A stretch of DNA of 64,000 nt from a virus, in IMG/VR virus record IMGVR_UViG_3300043411_001575, positions 64,001 through 128,000 of that record. One strand, 5' to 3'. The stretch's first letter is position 1. The number at the start of each line of letters is the position of its first letter. The notes under the pieces were generated by a model. The model ran no database searches, was not told the origin of the DNA, and saw only the letters and a program-made list of their open reading frames with translations. The position numbers were made by a program, and so were the translations under genes. Shown here one piece after another: positions 29,603 to 40,217 of this stretch.

Positions 29603-29896
29603 ATGGCTGACATCGCATTACCAAAATCAAACCTTTACCTTGAAGGTAGCGGACTTGACACAAACGGAAACAAAGTTGTAAAACTTGGAATTTCAAGTTT
29701 ACCGAAAAACTTTAGTATTCAAACTAATGGCAATTTGCCGAAAACTGGAAGTATCCTTCGTGGCTTGAAAACCAAAAAGGATATGGAAAGCGTGAGTAAA
29801 TCCGATTTGCAAATAATTTCAAAAGAAGTTGTTGCATACATTAAGGAGTTTGGCTCAAAACTGCAAAGAGAAAAATTAAGAACTTACAACTCTTAA
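29603..29896 (+). CDS. Small cassette protein
   Basis: Lies between promoter and HTH gene. Confidence 0.65.
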   Translation: MADIALPKSNLYLEGSGLDTNGNKVVKLGISSLPKNFSIQTNGNLPKTGSILRGLKTKKDMESVSKSDLQIISKEVVAYIKEFGSKLQREKLRTYNS

Positions 29897-29898
29897 TT

Positions 29899-30063
29899 AT
29901 GGAGCAACTATCTGTAACCGATTATGCAAAATTGCTTGGTGTAACTCGCCAAGCAATTTTGTTACAGATAAAAGAAAAAAGGTTGCCGAAAAATGTTACA
30001 GTTAAAAAAATTGGTAATACTTACTCCTTATCTGTGCGTGGGCAAAAAAAAGAAAAAAAATAA
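29899..30063 (+). CDS. Small HTH regulator, copy 4
   Basis: MEQLSVTDYAKLLGVTRQAILLQIKEKRLP. Confidence 0.8.
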   Translation: MEQLSVTDYAKLLGVTRQAILLQIKEKRLPKNVTVKKIGNTYSLSVRGQKKEKK

Positions 30064-30277
30064 ACCCGACTTCTACCACAAATGTTCATTCGGAGCAACA
30101 AAGTAGCATTTGCAGGTAACGGACGAGGCTATGAGCAGTTGAGCGTAGCCTGTGCGATGGAAAGAATTGCTTATAGCCTGTGTTATGCAAGTGCGTTGGC
30201 TTGTGGGTGGCTCGTTTCAAAACTCTTTTTCTTATTTTTTAGGGAGGGATTTTTATTTTCTTTTTTAACAACAAAAA

Positions 30278-30484
30278 ATGGCTGATTCAATCGGTGGCTT
30301 AGAAGGCACAAAAACTAAATTTTTCATAGATGTAAAAGTTCCTATCAGAGCAGGGATGGAGTTTGGCACAAAGAATTATAAAATAAGAACAATCGGATAT
30401 GAGGTTTTTCGACAATACTTTGATACTAAAGAAAAGGATATGCAAGTAGGTAGGCAAAGAATTGAAAGAAAAATAAATAACTAA
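30278..30484 (+). CDS. Small cassette protein
   Basis: ORF in unit 30182-30918. Confidence 0.5.
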   Translation: MADSIGGLEGTKTKFFIDVKVPIRAGMEFGTKNYKIRTIGYEVFRQYFDTKEKDMQVGRQRIERKINN

Positions 30485-30562
30485 CTTTTACTTGCTAATT
30501 GACAAATTATGTTTATCTTTGTAGCAGATAATTTAATATTAACAATTTAAAAACAAAACAAA

Positions 30563-30733
30563 ATGGCAAAAAGTAGTTATTACAAGTACGCAGTTGTAGC
30601 GGTAAACACAAAAACAGGTGAAGAAAGTTTAGTATGCAAAGTTCGTGCTGCTGGGGACTTAAACAACATTTTACACGGATTAGAAAAAGCAGTAGGAAGC
30701 TCTCCTATTAAATACAAATCTAAAAAACTGTAA
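30563..30733 (+). CDS. Small cassette protein (56 aa, not in ORF track)
   Basis: MAKSSYYKYAVV...KSKKL* after the promoter. Confidence 0.6.
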   Translation: MAKSSYYKYAVVAVNTKTGEESLVCKVRAAGDLNNILHGLEKAVGSSPIKYKSKKL

Positions 30734-30735
30734 AA

Positions 30736-30957
30736 ATGGAACTATCTGTAACAGAATATGCAAAATCGCTTGGCGTAACTCGTCAGGCGATTTTGTTACA
30801 GATTAAGGAAAAAAGGTTGCCTAAAAATGTTACGGTTAAAAAAATTGGTAATACTTATTCTTTATCTGTGCGAGGGCAAAAAAAAAATAAGAAAAAGAGT
30901 TTTGAAATGTTGCATAACGTTATCAGGCTTGGCGAAGTGCCGCTACTCGAAACTTAA
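30736..30957 (+). CDS. Small HTH regulator, copy 5 (reads through into the next hairpin)
   Basis: MELSVTEYAKSLGVTRQAILLQIKEKRLP. Confidence 0.75.
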   Translation: MELSVTEYAKSLGVTRQAILLQIKEKRLPKNVTVKKIGNTYSLSVRGQKKNKKKSFEMLHNVIRLGEVPLLET

Positions 30958-31051
30958 ATTTTAGCACTAAACTATCCTGCGGCATTTTGCCAAACCCGTG
31001 TTATGGGATAGTTTTAAAAACCTTTTAGGGTGGGCATTAAAAAACGAAATA

Positions 31052-31510
31052 ATGATAATAGCAATTGATTTTGACGGAACTTGCGTAACACACGAATTTC
31101 CCAAAGTGGGCAAAGACATTGGTGCTGTGCCTGTATTGAAAGAGTTGGTTAAAAATAACCACCAATTAGTTTTGTTTACAATGAGAAGTGATATAGTTAA
31201 TCCAACTGGCGAGGATAACGAATTGCACCTTGAAAGTGGGAACTATTTAACTGATGCAATTGAATGGTTTAAACAAAACGAAATACCGCTTTATGGAATA
31301 CAAACCAACCCGACACAGCACACTTGGACTACAAGCCCAAAAGCATACGCACAACTTTACATTGATGATGCTGCTTTAGGTTGCCCACTTTTGGTTGACA
31401 TTGTAAAAGATGGTGACGAAAGCATTAAGCAAGTTGGACGACCTTATGTTAATTGGGAGAAGGTAAAAGAAATGCTAATTGATAAAGGAATTATTGATGA
31501 TGAGGACTAA
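31052..31510 (+). CDS. HAD-superfamily phosphatase-like protein
   Basis: IAIDFDGT, LFTMR, K..A.LYIDD. Confidence 0.8.
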   Translation: MIIAIDFDGTCVTHEFPKVGKDIGAVPVLKELVKNNHQLVLFTMRSDIVNPTGEDNELHLESGNYLTDAIEWFKQNEIPLYGIQTNPTQHTWTTSPKAYAQLYIDDAALGCPLLVDIVKDGDESIKQVGRPYVNWEKVKEMLIDKGIIDDED

Positions 31511-31645
31511 CCCGTGCGGTGGGAAAAGGTTTTTAAAATTTCCCATAACGGTTCGTGGCTATAAGAAGTAAAACCCATTTTTGAGCGGTGGAAAATTTCG
31601 TATCTTTGTAACGCAATATTGCAAATAAATATAATACTTTAAAAA

Positions 31646-31858
31646 ATGGGAAAAAAAATTGCTTACGTTATTATGGGTGGCGATGATTATGTAACAGAAT
31701 CTTCATCATCAAGGAACAATGGATATGCTTTTACGCATAATCTACAAGGTGCAACTTTTTTTGATTCCAAAGAAAAAGCAGATAATTGTATTAAAAACAA
31801 AAATCTCGAATTTCATCTTGGAAGAAAAGTAAAAGCAAAAAAAGTTTCATTGGTTTAA
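31646..31858 (+). CDS. Small protein carried in a hairpin loop
   Basis: Inside 31550-31901 with its own TATCTTTG element. Confidence 0.6.
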   Translation: MGKKIAYVIMGGDDYVTESSSSRNNGYAFTHNLQGATFFDSKEKADNCIKNKNLEFHLGRKVKAKKVSLV

Positions 31859-32084
31859 TCTAAGCGGTGCGTTGGCAGGGGTTTTATTTCTTATAGCCCC
31901 TGTTATAGCATCGTTTTAATGTGCTATAACGGTTTGCGTATATGAGAAGTGGCACTTGCACGAACTTAAAATTTAGCACAAATGTTTCTGTGCCATTTCT
32001 TATATACGCTGTTATAGCCAGTAGGGATTTTTAGCACAAACGTTTAATCGAAGCACTAAAAGAAAAATTAAAAAAAGAGAAGGG

Positions 32085-32840
32085 ATGGAAATAAATAAAA
32101 TATACACAGGAGATAATTTGGAATTGCTTAAAACATTCCCTGATAACACTATTGATTTGATTGTTACCTCACCAAATTATAATAATTGGAGAAACAGAAG
32201 AACACAAGCAAGTAGGAAAGATTTTTGGGAACGAACCAATATAACTTATGATAATTGCACAGACAAAGAAGATGATGAAACATATGAAGCAAGGCAAATA
32301 GAAATAATAAATGAGATGGTAAGAGTTCTAAAACCAACTGGAACAATTTGCTACAACCACAAAGATAGAATATTTGAATTTGAAGTAAAATCACCTTTGG
32401 AATGGATTTTAAAGACAAATGCAAAATACAGACAGAGAATTACATGGGATAGATGTGGTATGCAAGCGTATAATCCTGTTAGATTTTATAGGGTTGATGA
32501 AGATATTTATATACTTGGAAAAGAAGCAAAGGGATTTACTTGGAATAAAGAAGCTGCAAAGTATTTAAGTATTTGGCGAATTGTTCCAAACAAAAATATT
32601 TACGGACATAATGCTACATTTCCAGAAGAACTTGTAAAAAGATGTGTTGAAGCATTTACCAATGAAGGAGATTTGGTTTTAGACCCATACAACGGAACTG
32701 GAACAACAACCAAAGTAGCTTATGAGATGAAAAGAAATTTTATCGGAATTGATAATTCTGAAAAATATAATGAAATAGCTGAAACTCGTATTAAAGAGTG
32801 CGGTGGGTCTTTTTTTAATTTTTCTAACGAAAATGATTAA
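32085..32840 (+). CDS. DNA methyltransferase, beta class (SPNY)
   Basis: TSPNY, HNATFP, LDPYNGTGTT. Confidence 0.9.
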   Translation: MEINKIYTGDNLELLKTFPDNTIDLIVTSPNYNNWRNRRTQASRKDFWERTNITYDNCTDKEDDETYEARQIEIINEMVRVLKPTGTICYNHKDRIFEFEVKSPLEWILKTNAKYRQRITWDRCGMQAYNPVRFYRVDEDIYILGKEAKGFTWNKEAAKYLSIWRIVPNKNIYGHNATFPEELVKRCVEAFTNEGDLVLDPYNGTGTTTKVAYEMKRNFIGIDNSEKYNEIAETRIKECGGSFFNFSNEND

Positions 32841-33079
32841 TCGAAGCACTTCACCCCTATTGGCTATAACGGTGGCGATTGGCGAAGTAAAAGCATTTCA
32901 CTGCTGCTGATGGTTATCACTATGCTCAATGGCTTTTATTTTGCCAATTGCGTGTTAGCTGCTGTTTTTTTTCTCTTTGATTGTCAGTACTTTAGAAAAT
33001 AATTTAAAAATATCTTTGAAAATGTTTGCAGATTCAAAATAATGTTGTATCTTTGTTCTACAATTAAAAACAAAATAAA

Positions 33080-33277
33080 ATGACAAATTTGAATGAAATA
33101 GAAGTAACAGTAAAGGGTAACGATAGTATCACAGGTAGCGAAAGTTGGGTATCTAATTTAGAAAACTTAAAAAGTTGGGAACTCACAAATGATGAGATAA
33201 ACGAAATAATAGAGGGCAAAACAGTTAAATGTATATCTCCAAATGGTAGAAGAATTATATGGATAACAAAAAAGTAA
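33080..33277 (+). CDS. Small cassette protein
   Basis: Follows a TATCTTTG promoter element. Confidence 0.6.
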   Translation: MTNLNEIEVTVKGNDSITGSESWVSNLENLKSWELTNDEINEIIEGKTVKCISPNGRRIIWITKK

Positions 33278-33423
33278 AAAGAGGTGGTAAACGCAAAAAT
33301 GCTGGTGCTAAACCTAAATACTCGGAGCTAACTAAAACGGTTGCCTTTCGCTGTCCATTGTCAAAGGTTGATGAACTGAAAATAGTTGTCAAGTCTAAAC
33401 TTTCGGAGTGGTCGGTAAAATAG
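33259..33423 (+). CDS. RGG-motif / ribbon-helix-helix-like regulator (54 aa, not in ORF track)
   Basis: RGGKRKNAGAKPKY..TKTVAFRCP. Confidence 0.6.
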   Translation: MDNKKVKRGGKRKNAGAKPKYSELTKTVAFRCPLSKVDELKIVVKSKLSEWSVK

Positions 33424-33542
33424 CAGCTAACGGTTTGCAGCTAACAGAAGTGGCTGCTTGTAAGAACTTCTGAATTAAAAACAAATGCTTTGCAGCCATT
33501 TTTGTTAGGTGCTGTTATAAGCTGTAAAATAAAATTTGAGCG

Positions 33543-33716
33543 ATGGACACATACTTAAAATATTTAGATACAGATGAAATGAGGCTCATTATGGATGTGC
33601 AAAAAACACTTCCACAAAAAGGCTTTACTTACATAAGAGATGAAAAGAAAATAGGCAGAAATGAGCCTTGTAAATGCGGAAGCAATAGGAAGTACAAAAA
33701 ATGCTGTGGTGCGTAG
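33543..33716 (+). CDS. SEC-C metal-binding motif mini-protein (57 aa, not in ORF track)
   Basis: [22 protein letters not shown]. Confidence 0.75.
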   Translation: MDTYLKYLDTDEMRLIMDVQKTLPQKGFTYIRDEKKIGRNEPCKCGSNRKYKKCCGA

Positions 33717-33848
33717 GCAATTTTATTTTATTGCTTATAACGTAGCGGGGCTTTGCGTAGTAGCCCTTAGTAGAAACTTAAAATTAACCACGACACTTGA
33801 TAGGGCTATTACGCAAAACCCTTGTTATGTGCCGTTTTTATTCGGATT

Positions 33849-34403
33849 ATGAAAAAGTATCAAATAATATATTCAGACCCAGCGTGGCGATTTGGTAATT
33901 CTGTTTATCAAGACAACAATAGAGATAACAGACATTTGCAAGACCAATATCAAACAATGACCATAGAACAATTAAAAGAATTACCACTTGCAAATATTTC
34001 TGCTGATGATTGTGCTTTGTTTTTATGGACAACAGACTTTCATTTACCTTTTTGTTTTGAATTATTTAAAGCGTGGGGTTTCAAATATAGAACTATTGCT
34101 TTTGTATGGAAAAAAGTAACTAAAAACGGTAAAACTTGTGCAAACTTGGGAGCGTGGACTATGAAAAATACAGAAATATGTTTATTGGCTACAAAAGGAA
34201 ATATGTTTAATAAAAGGAAAGTGAAGAATATATTTCAATTAGTTGAAGCAGAAAGAACTAAGCATAGTAAAAAACCACAAGAGGTAAGGGATAGGATAGA
34301 AAAACTATTTGGAGAATGTGAAAGACTTGAAATGTTTGCTCGTGAAAAGCACGAAGGCTGGGATGTTTGGGGAAATGAAGTTGAGAGTAGTGTCACTCTT
34401 TAA
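33849..34403 (+). CDS. MT-A70 family adenine methyltransferase
   Basis: YSDPAW, LFLWTT, HSKKP, LEMFAR, WGNE. Confidence 0.9.
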   Translation: MKKYQIIYSDPAWRFGNSVYQDNNRDNRHLQDQYQTMTIEQLKELPLANISADDCALFLWTTDFHLPFCFELFKAWGFKYRTIAFVWKKVTKNGKTCANLGAWTMKNTEICLLATKGNMFNKRKVKNIFQLVEAERTKHSKKPQEVRDRIEKLFGECERLEMFAREKHEGWDVWGNEVESSVTL

Positions 34404-34602
34404 AATGGCACATAACGGTTTGCAGCTAAACGCTGATTTTGTTCTTCACAAAATTTGCGATTTAGGTGCTGTTATGTATCAGTTTATTTTTTACTTTTTT
34501 GCGTTGGCTTTCAATTAGTTACACAATTTAACAAAAATAATCTTGAAATTGTTTGCAGATTCAAAATATAGCCGTATATTTGTATCAACAAAACGAAACA
34601 AC

Positions 34603-35004
34603 ATGGAAACAATTGAAAAAAAAATATTAGGATTCACAGAAGAAATAACAGTTTGTGATTGCTGTGGTAAGGCTGATTTAAAAGGAACTTACGCTATTGA
34701 TTGGGAAGGTACAATTGCATATTACGGAAGCGTTTGTGCTTTTAAAGTGCATGGTGCTACTATTGAAGAGCAAAAGGAAGTGAAGAAAGCATACACTAAA
34801 AGAATGAAAGCGACTGAAAAATTAGCACAAATGGAAGCTGAATACAATGGAACACAATATGCTTTAGTAAAAATGTTTCGTTTTGTTGAAGAGAAGAAAT
34901 TGGATGTAATGGCTTTCATTAATAAATACGGAAAAAAATGTGATGAGAACGATTATTACATTGCTTACGAAATTGGACACGTTGTAAAATGTATAGACAA
35001 ATGA
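34603..35004 (+). CDS. Cassette hypothetical protein with Cys motifs
   Basis: CDCCGK..YGSVCA; own promoter. Confidence 0.65.
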   Translation: METIEKKILGFTEEITVCDCCGKADLKGTYAIDWEGTIAYYGSVCAFKVHGATIEEQKEVKKAYTKRMKATEKLAQMEAEYNGTQYALVKMFRFVEEKKLDVMAFINKYGKKCDENDYYIAYEIGHVVKCIDK

Positions 35005-35297
35005 AAGAATGTACAATGTGCGCTTTAAAAGAGCCTGAATTTAAAAAGTGCATTTTTAGCGATTGCCCTAATGGTGTAAATTTTGTAACCTGCGATTGTG
35101 GAGAGAAAATTTACAACACGGATGGCAAAAAAGCGAAGTGCAAAAAATGCAAACCACATGGAGGTAAAAGGCTAAATGCAGGACGAAAAAGCCAATACAA
35201 AGAAGAAACGCAAACAATTTCTTTCCGTGTACCAAAATCACTAATTGAACCGATTACAAAATACGTCAAACGTGCGCTGGCAAAAAGTAAAAAATAA
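35001..35297 (+). CDS. Zn-finger + GG-motif/RHH-like regulator
   Basis: CxxC pairs; HGGKRLNAGRK..TISFRVP. Confidence 0.6.
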   Translation: MKECTMCALKEPEFKKCIFSDCPNGVNFVTCDCGEKIYNTDGKKAKCKKCKPHGGKRLNAGRKSQYKEETQTISFRVPKSLIEPITKYVKRALAKSKK

Positions 35298-35495
35298 ATT
35301 GTACATAACGTTTTGCGTATATGAGAAGTGGCACTTGCACAAACTTGAAATTTAGCACAAATGTTTCTGTGCCATTTCTTATATACGCTGTTATGTGTAG
35401 TTGCGGTTTAATAGCAGGGAGTTCAATTTGAAATGAGATACTTTTTCTTTTCTTTTTTGAGCGATGGCAAAAATAAATTTGAAAAATTTAAAAAT

Positions 35496-36308
35496 ATGAT
35501 TGATATAAACAAGAATTACAATGAAAGTAATTTAGAAACAATGGCAAAGATGCCTGATTGCTTTGTAGATTTAACAGTAACATCTCCACCTTATGATGGA
35601 TTGCGAACTTATAATGGATATTCATTTCCATTTGAAGATATTGCAAAGGAGTTGTTTAGAATTACAAAAGATGGTGGCGTATTAGTTTGGGTTATTTCAG
35701 ATGCTACCGTTCAAGGAAATGAAAGCGGAACATCATTTAAACAAGCCTTATATTTCAAAGAGATTGGTTTTAATTTGCACGACACAATGATTTGGATTAA
35801 AGACGGTGGTGGTGCAGTAGGAAGCAATAAGTGTTACACACAAAACTTTGAATATATGTTTGTGTTTTCAAAAGGAAAAATAAATACTACAAATCTAATT
35901 TATGATAAACCAAACGCTTCTTTTGGTAAAGATAAAAGCGGAGTAGGTAGAAGATTGGTAACTGGTGAACACAAAATAGAAAAGCGTAAACCAAGTGCCG
36001 AATTTAGTAGAAGAAACAACTATTGGTATATCGCACCACAAAAAGGCGAACACCCTGCGGTATTCCCAGAAGCACTTGCAAATGACCATATTTTAAGTTG
36101 GAGTAATGAGAATGACTTAATTTATGACCCATTTATGGGAAGTGGTACAACCGCTAAAATGAGTATTCTAAATAACAGAAATTGGATAGGCAGTGAATTA
36201 TCCTCTGAATACTGTGATATGATTGTGCAACGAATTAAAAAAGCGTTGGAAGAAAAAAGAAAAGAAAAAGATTTAATAGCAAACTCTTTATTTGGAAACG
36301 ACTTTTAG
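35496..36308 (+). CDS. DNA methyltransferase, beta class (SPPY)
   Basis: TSPPY, HPAVFP, YDPFMGSGTT. Confidence 0.9.
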   Translation: MIDINKNYNESNLETMAKMPDCFVDLTVTSPPYDGLRTYNGYSFPFEDIAKELFRITKDGGVLVWVISDATVQGNESGTSFKQALYFKEIGFNLHDTMIWIKDGGGAVGSNKCYTQNFEYMFVFSKGKINTTNLIYDKPNASFGKDKSGVGRRLVTGEHKIEKRKPSAEFSRRNNYWYIAPQKGEHPAVFPEALANDHILSWSNENDLIYDPFMGSGTTAKMSILNNRNWIGSELSSEYCDMIVQRIKKALEEKRKEKDLIANSLFGNDF

Positions 36309-36489
36309 CAATTACACATAACGTTTTGCGGCTTTGCGTTCGGTTTTTTGCCTTATCCGAATGTCCAAATTTAGCACAATGTTTAAAGGCAAAAACTGAC
36401 GCAAAACCGATGTTATAAGCTGGCTGCGGTTTATTAAACGAAAAGCTAAATACGAAGCACTAAAGAAAAGAATTTAAAAAAAGGAAGGG

Positions 36490-37308
36490 ATGGAAATAAA
36501 TAAAATATACAACGAAAATTGCCTTGAAACGATGGCTAAAATGCCTGACAATTTCATTGACTTAACGGTTACTTCTCCGCCTTATGACGATTTAAGAACA
36601 TACAATGGATATTGTTTTGACTTTGAAAATGTAGCAAAAGAATTGTTTAGAGTAACAAAACAAGGTGGTGTAGTTGTTTGGATTGTAAACGATAGCACAA
36701 AAAACGGTAGTGAAAGTTTAACATCATTTAAACAGGCTATTTATTTTGTTGGTTGTGGGTTTAATTTGCACGATACTATGATTTACAAAAAGAAAAATCC
36801 GATACCACTAAACCATAATAGATATGAGCAAAGTTTTGAATATATGTTTGTTTTTAGCAAGGGGAAACCGAAAACATTTAACCCTATTATGGAAGATTGT
36901 GTATTTGCTGGGAAAGACATAGTTAAGAACAGAACATTTTACCAAACAGATGAAAGTAAAACAAGTAAAGGACATAAGAATAAACCTATAAAAGAGCAAA
37001 AAATAAAACAGAACATTTTTGAATATTCACTATACGGAGGCAAAAAGGATTTTATACAAGGTGCTGTTTTTCCTGAACAACTTGCAACCGACCAAATAAT
37101 AAGTTGGAGCAATGAAAATGATTTGGTTTATGACCCTTTTATGGGAAGTGGTACAACGGCTAAAATGGCAATTTTGAATAATAGAAAATATATTGGCAGT
37201 GAAATTTCAGAAGATTACTGTAAGATTATCGAAACTCGTATTAAAGAGTGCGGTGGGCTTTTTTTTAATTCTTTTCAAACGGAATTGTCAAACGAAGCAG
37301 GAACGTAG
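36490..37308 (+). CDS. DNA methyltransferase, beta class (SPPY)
   Basis: TSPPY, AVFP, YDPFMGSGTT. Confidence 0.9.
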   Translation: MEINKIYNENCLETMAKMPDNFIDLTVTSPPYDDLRTYNGYCFDFENVAKELFRVTKQGGVVVWIVNDSTKNGSESLTSFKQAIYFVGCGFNLHDTMIYKKKNPIPLNHNRYEQSFEYMFVFSKGKPKTFNPIMEDCVFAGKDIVKNRTFYQTDESKTSKGHKNKPIKEQKIKQNIFEYSLYGGKKDFIQGAVFPEQLATDQIISWSNENDLVYDPFMGSGTTAKMAILNNRKYIGSEISEDYCKIIETRIKECGGLFFNSFQTELSNEAGT

Positions 37309-37587
37309 CAGCTTGCTTATAACGGTTTCGGGCTTGGCGAAGAAGCGGACTTATACCACTAAAGTTGATACGAAGAACCAATGTTGATGCTACTACAAAT
37401 GTTCATACGAAGCACTAAACCCGCTTTTTTGCCAATACTTTGTTATGCGTTCGCCTTATTTTTTCGTGTTGATTTTCAGCAAGTTAGAAACTATTTTAAA
37501 AATAAATCAAAAATACTTTGAAAAAAGTTTGCAGTTATCAAAATAGGTTGTATATTTGTACCAGATAACAATTAAAAAATAAACAAA

Positions 37588-37737
37588 ATGACAACAGCAA
37601 CAGTAAAATCAGAAGCAAAATGGAAAACACAATTTCAAATAATGTGGAATAACACACCAAAGAAATTAAGAAGAACCATCTCACAAGTAAACAACATTAA
37701 ATCACAAGCAAAATTATACGCAGCATTATGGATGTAA
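37588..37737 (+). CDS. Small cassette protein (49 aa, not in ORF track)
   Basis: MTTATVKSEAKW... directly after the promoter leader. Confidence 0.55.
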   Translation: MTTATVKSEAKWKTQFQIMWNNTPKKLRRTISQVNNIKSQAKLYAALWM

Positions 37738-37949
37738 CAGCAAAAATGGAGCAGGGCAATATAAAAGCCCTGTTCCCCAACTTAGGAATGGAAGTAATTA
37801 CAAATGGCTGTGTTTGCCAAATTATTCAAATCTCATCTCAACAAATCAAAGTCGAAATAACCGAAGCAATAAACCCGATGTATAAAGTTGGAAATCAAAT
37901 TTGGGTTGATAGCTTTTTAATACCATCCGATGAAAAAGAAAAAAACTAA
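37728..37949 (+). CDS. Small cassette protein
   Basis: Operon-packed ORF. Confidence 0.6.
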   Translation: MDVTAKMEQGNIKALFPNLGMEVITNGCVCQIIQISSQQIKVEITEAINPMYKVGNQIWVDSFLIPSDEKEKN

Positions 37950-38097
37950 TAGAGGTGGAGTTCGGGATGGGGCTGGTAGAAAAAAAGCAGACTACGAAAC
38001 AAAAACTATTTCCTTTCGTGTTCGTCTTGAATTTGTAGAACCGATTAAAAAGATGGTCAAGGATTATGTTTCGGAGCGTCTTAAAGGTGACGCATAA
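37930..38097 (+). CDS. RGG-motif/RHH-like regulator (55 aa, not in ORF track)
   Basis: RGGVRDGAGRKK..TKTISFRVR. Confidence 0.65.
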   Translation: MKKKKTNRGGVRDGAGRKKADYETKTISFRVRLEFVEPIKKMVKDYVSERLKGDA

Positions 38098-38168
38098 CGT
38101 TCGAGGGCTTGGCGAAGTGGCTGAACCTGAAGCTAAATAGAATTACTAAACTTAAAAATTAAGAACGA

Positions 38169-38939
38169 ATGATTGATAGAATTACTGAACAGCCATTTTG
38201 CCAAACCCGTGTTAGTGGCAGTACTTTTGTGAATGCTGATTGCTTTGATGTTTTTCCTTTTATCGAGGATAAATCAATTGATGCTATTATTGCCGATTTG
38301 CCTTATGGAACTACTCAAAATAAATGGGATAGTATTTTGCCACTTAATAAACTTTGGAAAGAATACAAGCGGATTTTAAAAGATAGTGGTTGTGTTGTTC
38401 TTTTTGCTCAAACTCCATTTGACAAAGTACTTGGTTGTTCAAATTTAGATTGGTTAAAATACGAATGGATTTGGGATAAAAAACTTGGAAGTGGTTCTTT
38501 GAATGTAAAAAAAATGCCTTTAAAAAGACACGAAAATATATTAGTATTTAGCAAAGGGAAAACCACATATAATCCACAAATGACAAAAGGTAAATTTAGA
38601 AATAAAAGTACAAGTAAGCCATCATCTAATAAAGGTAATTACGGAGAAATAACACACCAAAAAGATAATTTTAATGATGATTATTATCCAACCACTATTT
38701 TAGAATTTACTAATGCAAATGTAAGAGCAAGGGTTCATCCAACTGAAAAACAATTATCTCTTATGGAATACCTTGTAAAAACATACACAAACGAAGGCGA
38801 TACAGTTTTAGATAATACAATGGGTTCAGGAACAACAAACTTGGCTTGTATCAAATTAAATCGCAAATCAATTGGAATTGAAAAGGAAAAACAATATTAC
38901 GATGTCGCTGTTCGGAGGGCTTCGGAGTATTGCCACTAA
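38169..38939 (+). CDS. DNA methyltransferase, beta class
   Basis: ADLPY, HPTEK, LDNTMGSGTT. Confidence 0.9.
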   Translation: MIDRITEQPFCQTRVSGSTFVNADCFDVFPFIEDKSIDAIIADLPYGTTQNKWDSILPLNKLWKEYKRILKDSGCVVLFAQTPFDKVLGCSNLDWLKYEWIWDKKLGSGSLNVKKMPLKRHENILVFSKGKTTYNPQMTKGKFRNKSTSKPSSNKGNYGEITHQKDNFNDDYYPTTILEFTNANVRARVHPTEKQLSLMEYLVKTYTNEGDTVLDNTMGSGTTNLACIKLNRKSIGIEKEKQYYDVAVRRASEYCH

Positions 38940-39188
38940 CGTTTTGCGTATATGAGAAGTGGCACTTGCACAAACTTGAAATTTAGCACAAATGTTTCTG
39001 TGCCATTTCTTATATACGCTGTTATGCCCTCGTTGCGGTAATTTTAGAACTAACTTCAATCGAAGCACTAAGGCATTTTTATTCTTTTTGTGGGAGGGTT
39101 GAAAACTTTTTTAAAATAACACTTGCTAATTAGCAAAATATAGTTACTTTTGTAACGCAATAATGCAGAAAACTAAAATTTAAAAACA

Positions 39189-39419
39189 ATGTCAAAAGCA
39201 GTTTATCAATTATTATTTGCTAATCAATCTGCCGATTCAAAGGTGCGATATGAATTAGTTAGAGAAACAAAAATGTATGTTTTTTTAAGAGAAATCACAA
39301 AAGAACCTCAATACATTTTTAGAGTTCACAAAAAAACATTAAGCGTTAAGGGTATCAAGGAAGGTAAAAATGGTTATCAATTTGACGTGGCTGACGCAAG
39401 AATTTTAAAAAAAGTATAA
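39189..39419 (+). CDS. Small cassette protein
   Basis: Lies between promoter and HTH gene. Confidence 0.65.
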   Translation: MSKAVYQLLFANQSADSKVRYELVRETKMYVFLREITKEPQYIFRVHKKTLSVKGIKEGKNGYQFDVADARILKKV

Positions 39420-39421
39420 CT

Positions 39422-39607
39422 ATGCGACTATCTGTAACAGAATACGCAAAACAGCTTGGTGTAACTCGTCAAGCTGTTTTGTTACAGATTAAAGAAAAAA
39501 GGTTGCCTAATAATGTTAAGTCTGAAAAAATTGGCAACACTTACTCTTTAACTGTGGGTGGGCAAAAAAAGAATAAAAATGCTTCCAATAAACTACAATC
39601 GAAGTAG
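39422..39607 (+). CDS. Small HTH regulator, copy 6
   Basis: MRLSVTEYAKQLGVTRQAVLLQIKEKRLP. Confidence 0.8.
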   Translation: MRLSVTEYAKQLGVTRQAVLLQIKEKRLPNNVKSEKIGNTYSLTVGGQKKNKNASNKLQSK

Positions 39608-39738
39608 TATCGTAGCAATGGGGCATAACGGTTGAGTGTATGAGTAGTGTGGCTTTGTACATACTCTCGACTTACAGATAAATTTATTTAGCCACATTAC
39701 TTATACACTTTGTTATAGGTATGTAAAATTTACGGATT

Positions 39739-39933
39739 ATGAAACAGAAATATGTAAGATGCTTAGATAAGTTTGAAGTAGAATTAAAAGAAGGTGATAT
39801 TGTTGATGTTCAAATGGATGGTGAACATGAAATATATAAGAAAGAAGGTGGACAACTCTACTTCAAACCTTATGGAAAAGAAGATATGGTAAGTGCTTAC
39901 TTCTCAAATGATATGATTAAGGTAGAACGGTAG
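39739..39933 (+). CDS. Small cassette protein (YopX-like motif)
   Basis: LDKFEVELKEGDIV. Confidence 0.5.
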   Translation: MKQKYVRCLDKFEVELKEGDIVDVQMDGEHEIYKKEGGQLYFKPYGKEDMVSAYFSNDMIKVER

Positions 39934-40217
39934 TAAATTTTATTACCTATAACGGACGAGTATTGGCGAAGAAGCGGACTTTTACCACTAAAGTTGATAC
40001 GAAGAACTAATGTTGATGTTACTACAAACGTTCATACGAAGCACTAAAACCGCTTTTTTGCCAATACTTTGTTATGCGTTCGCCTTATTTTTTCGTGTTG
40101 ATTTTCAGTAAGTTAGAAAATATTTTGAAAATAAATCCAAAATACTTTGAAAAAAGTTTGCAGTTATCAAAATAGGTTGTATATTTGTACTCAGATAACA
40201 ATTAAAAAATAAACAAA

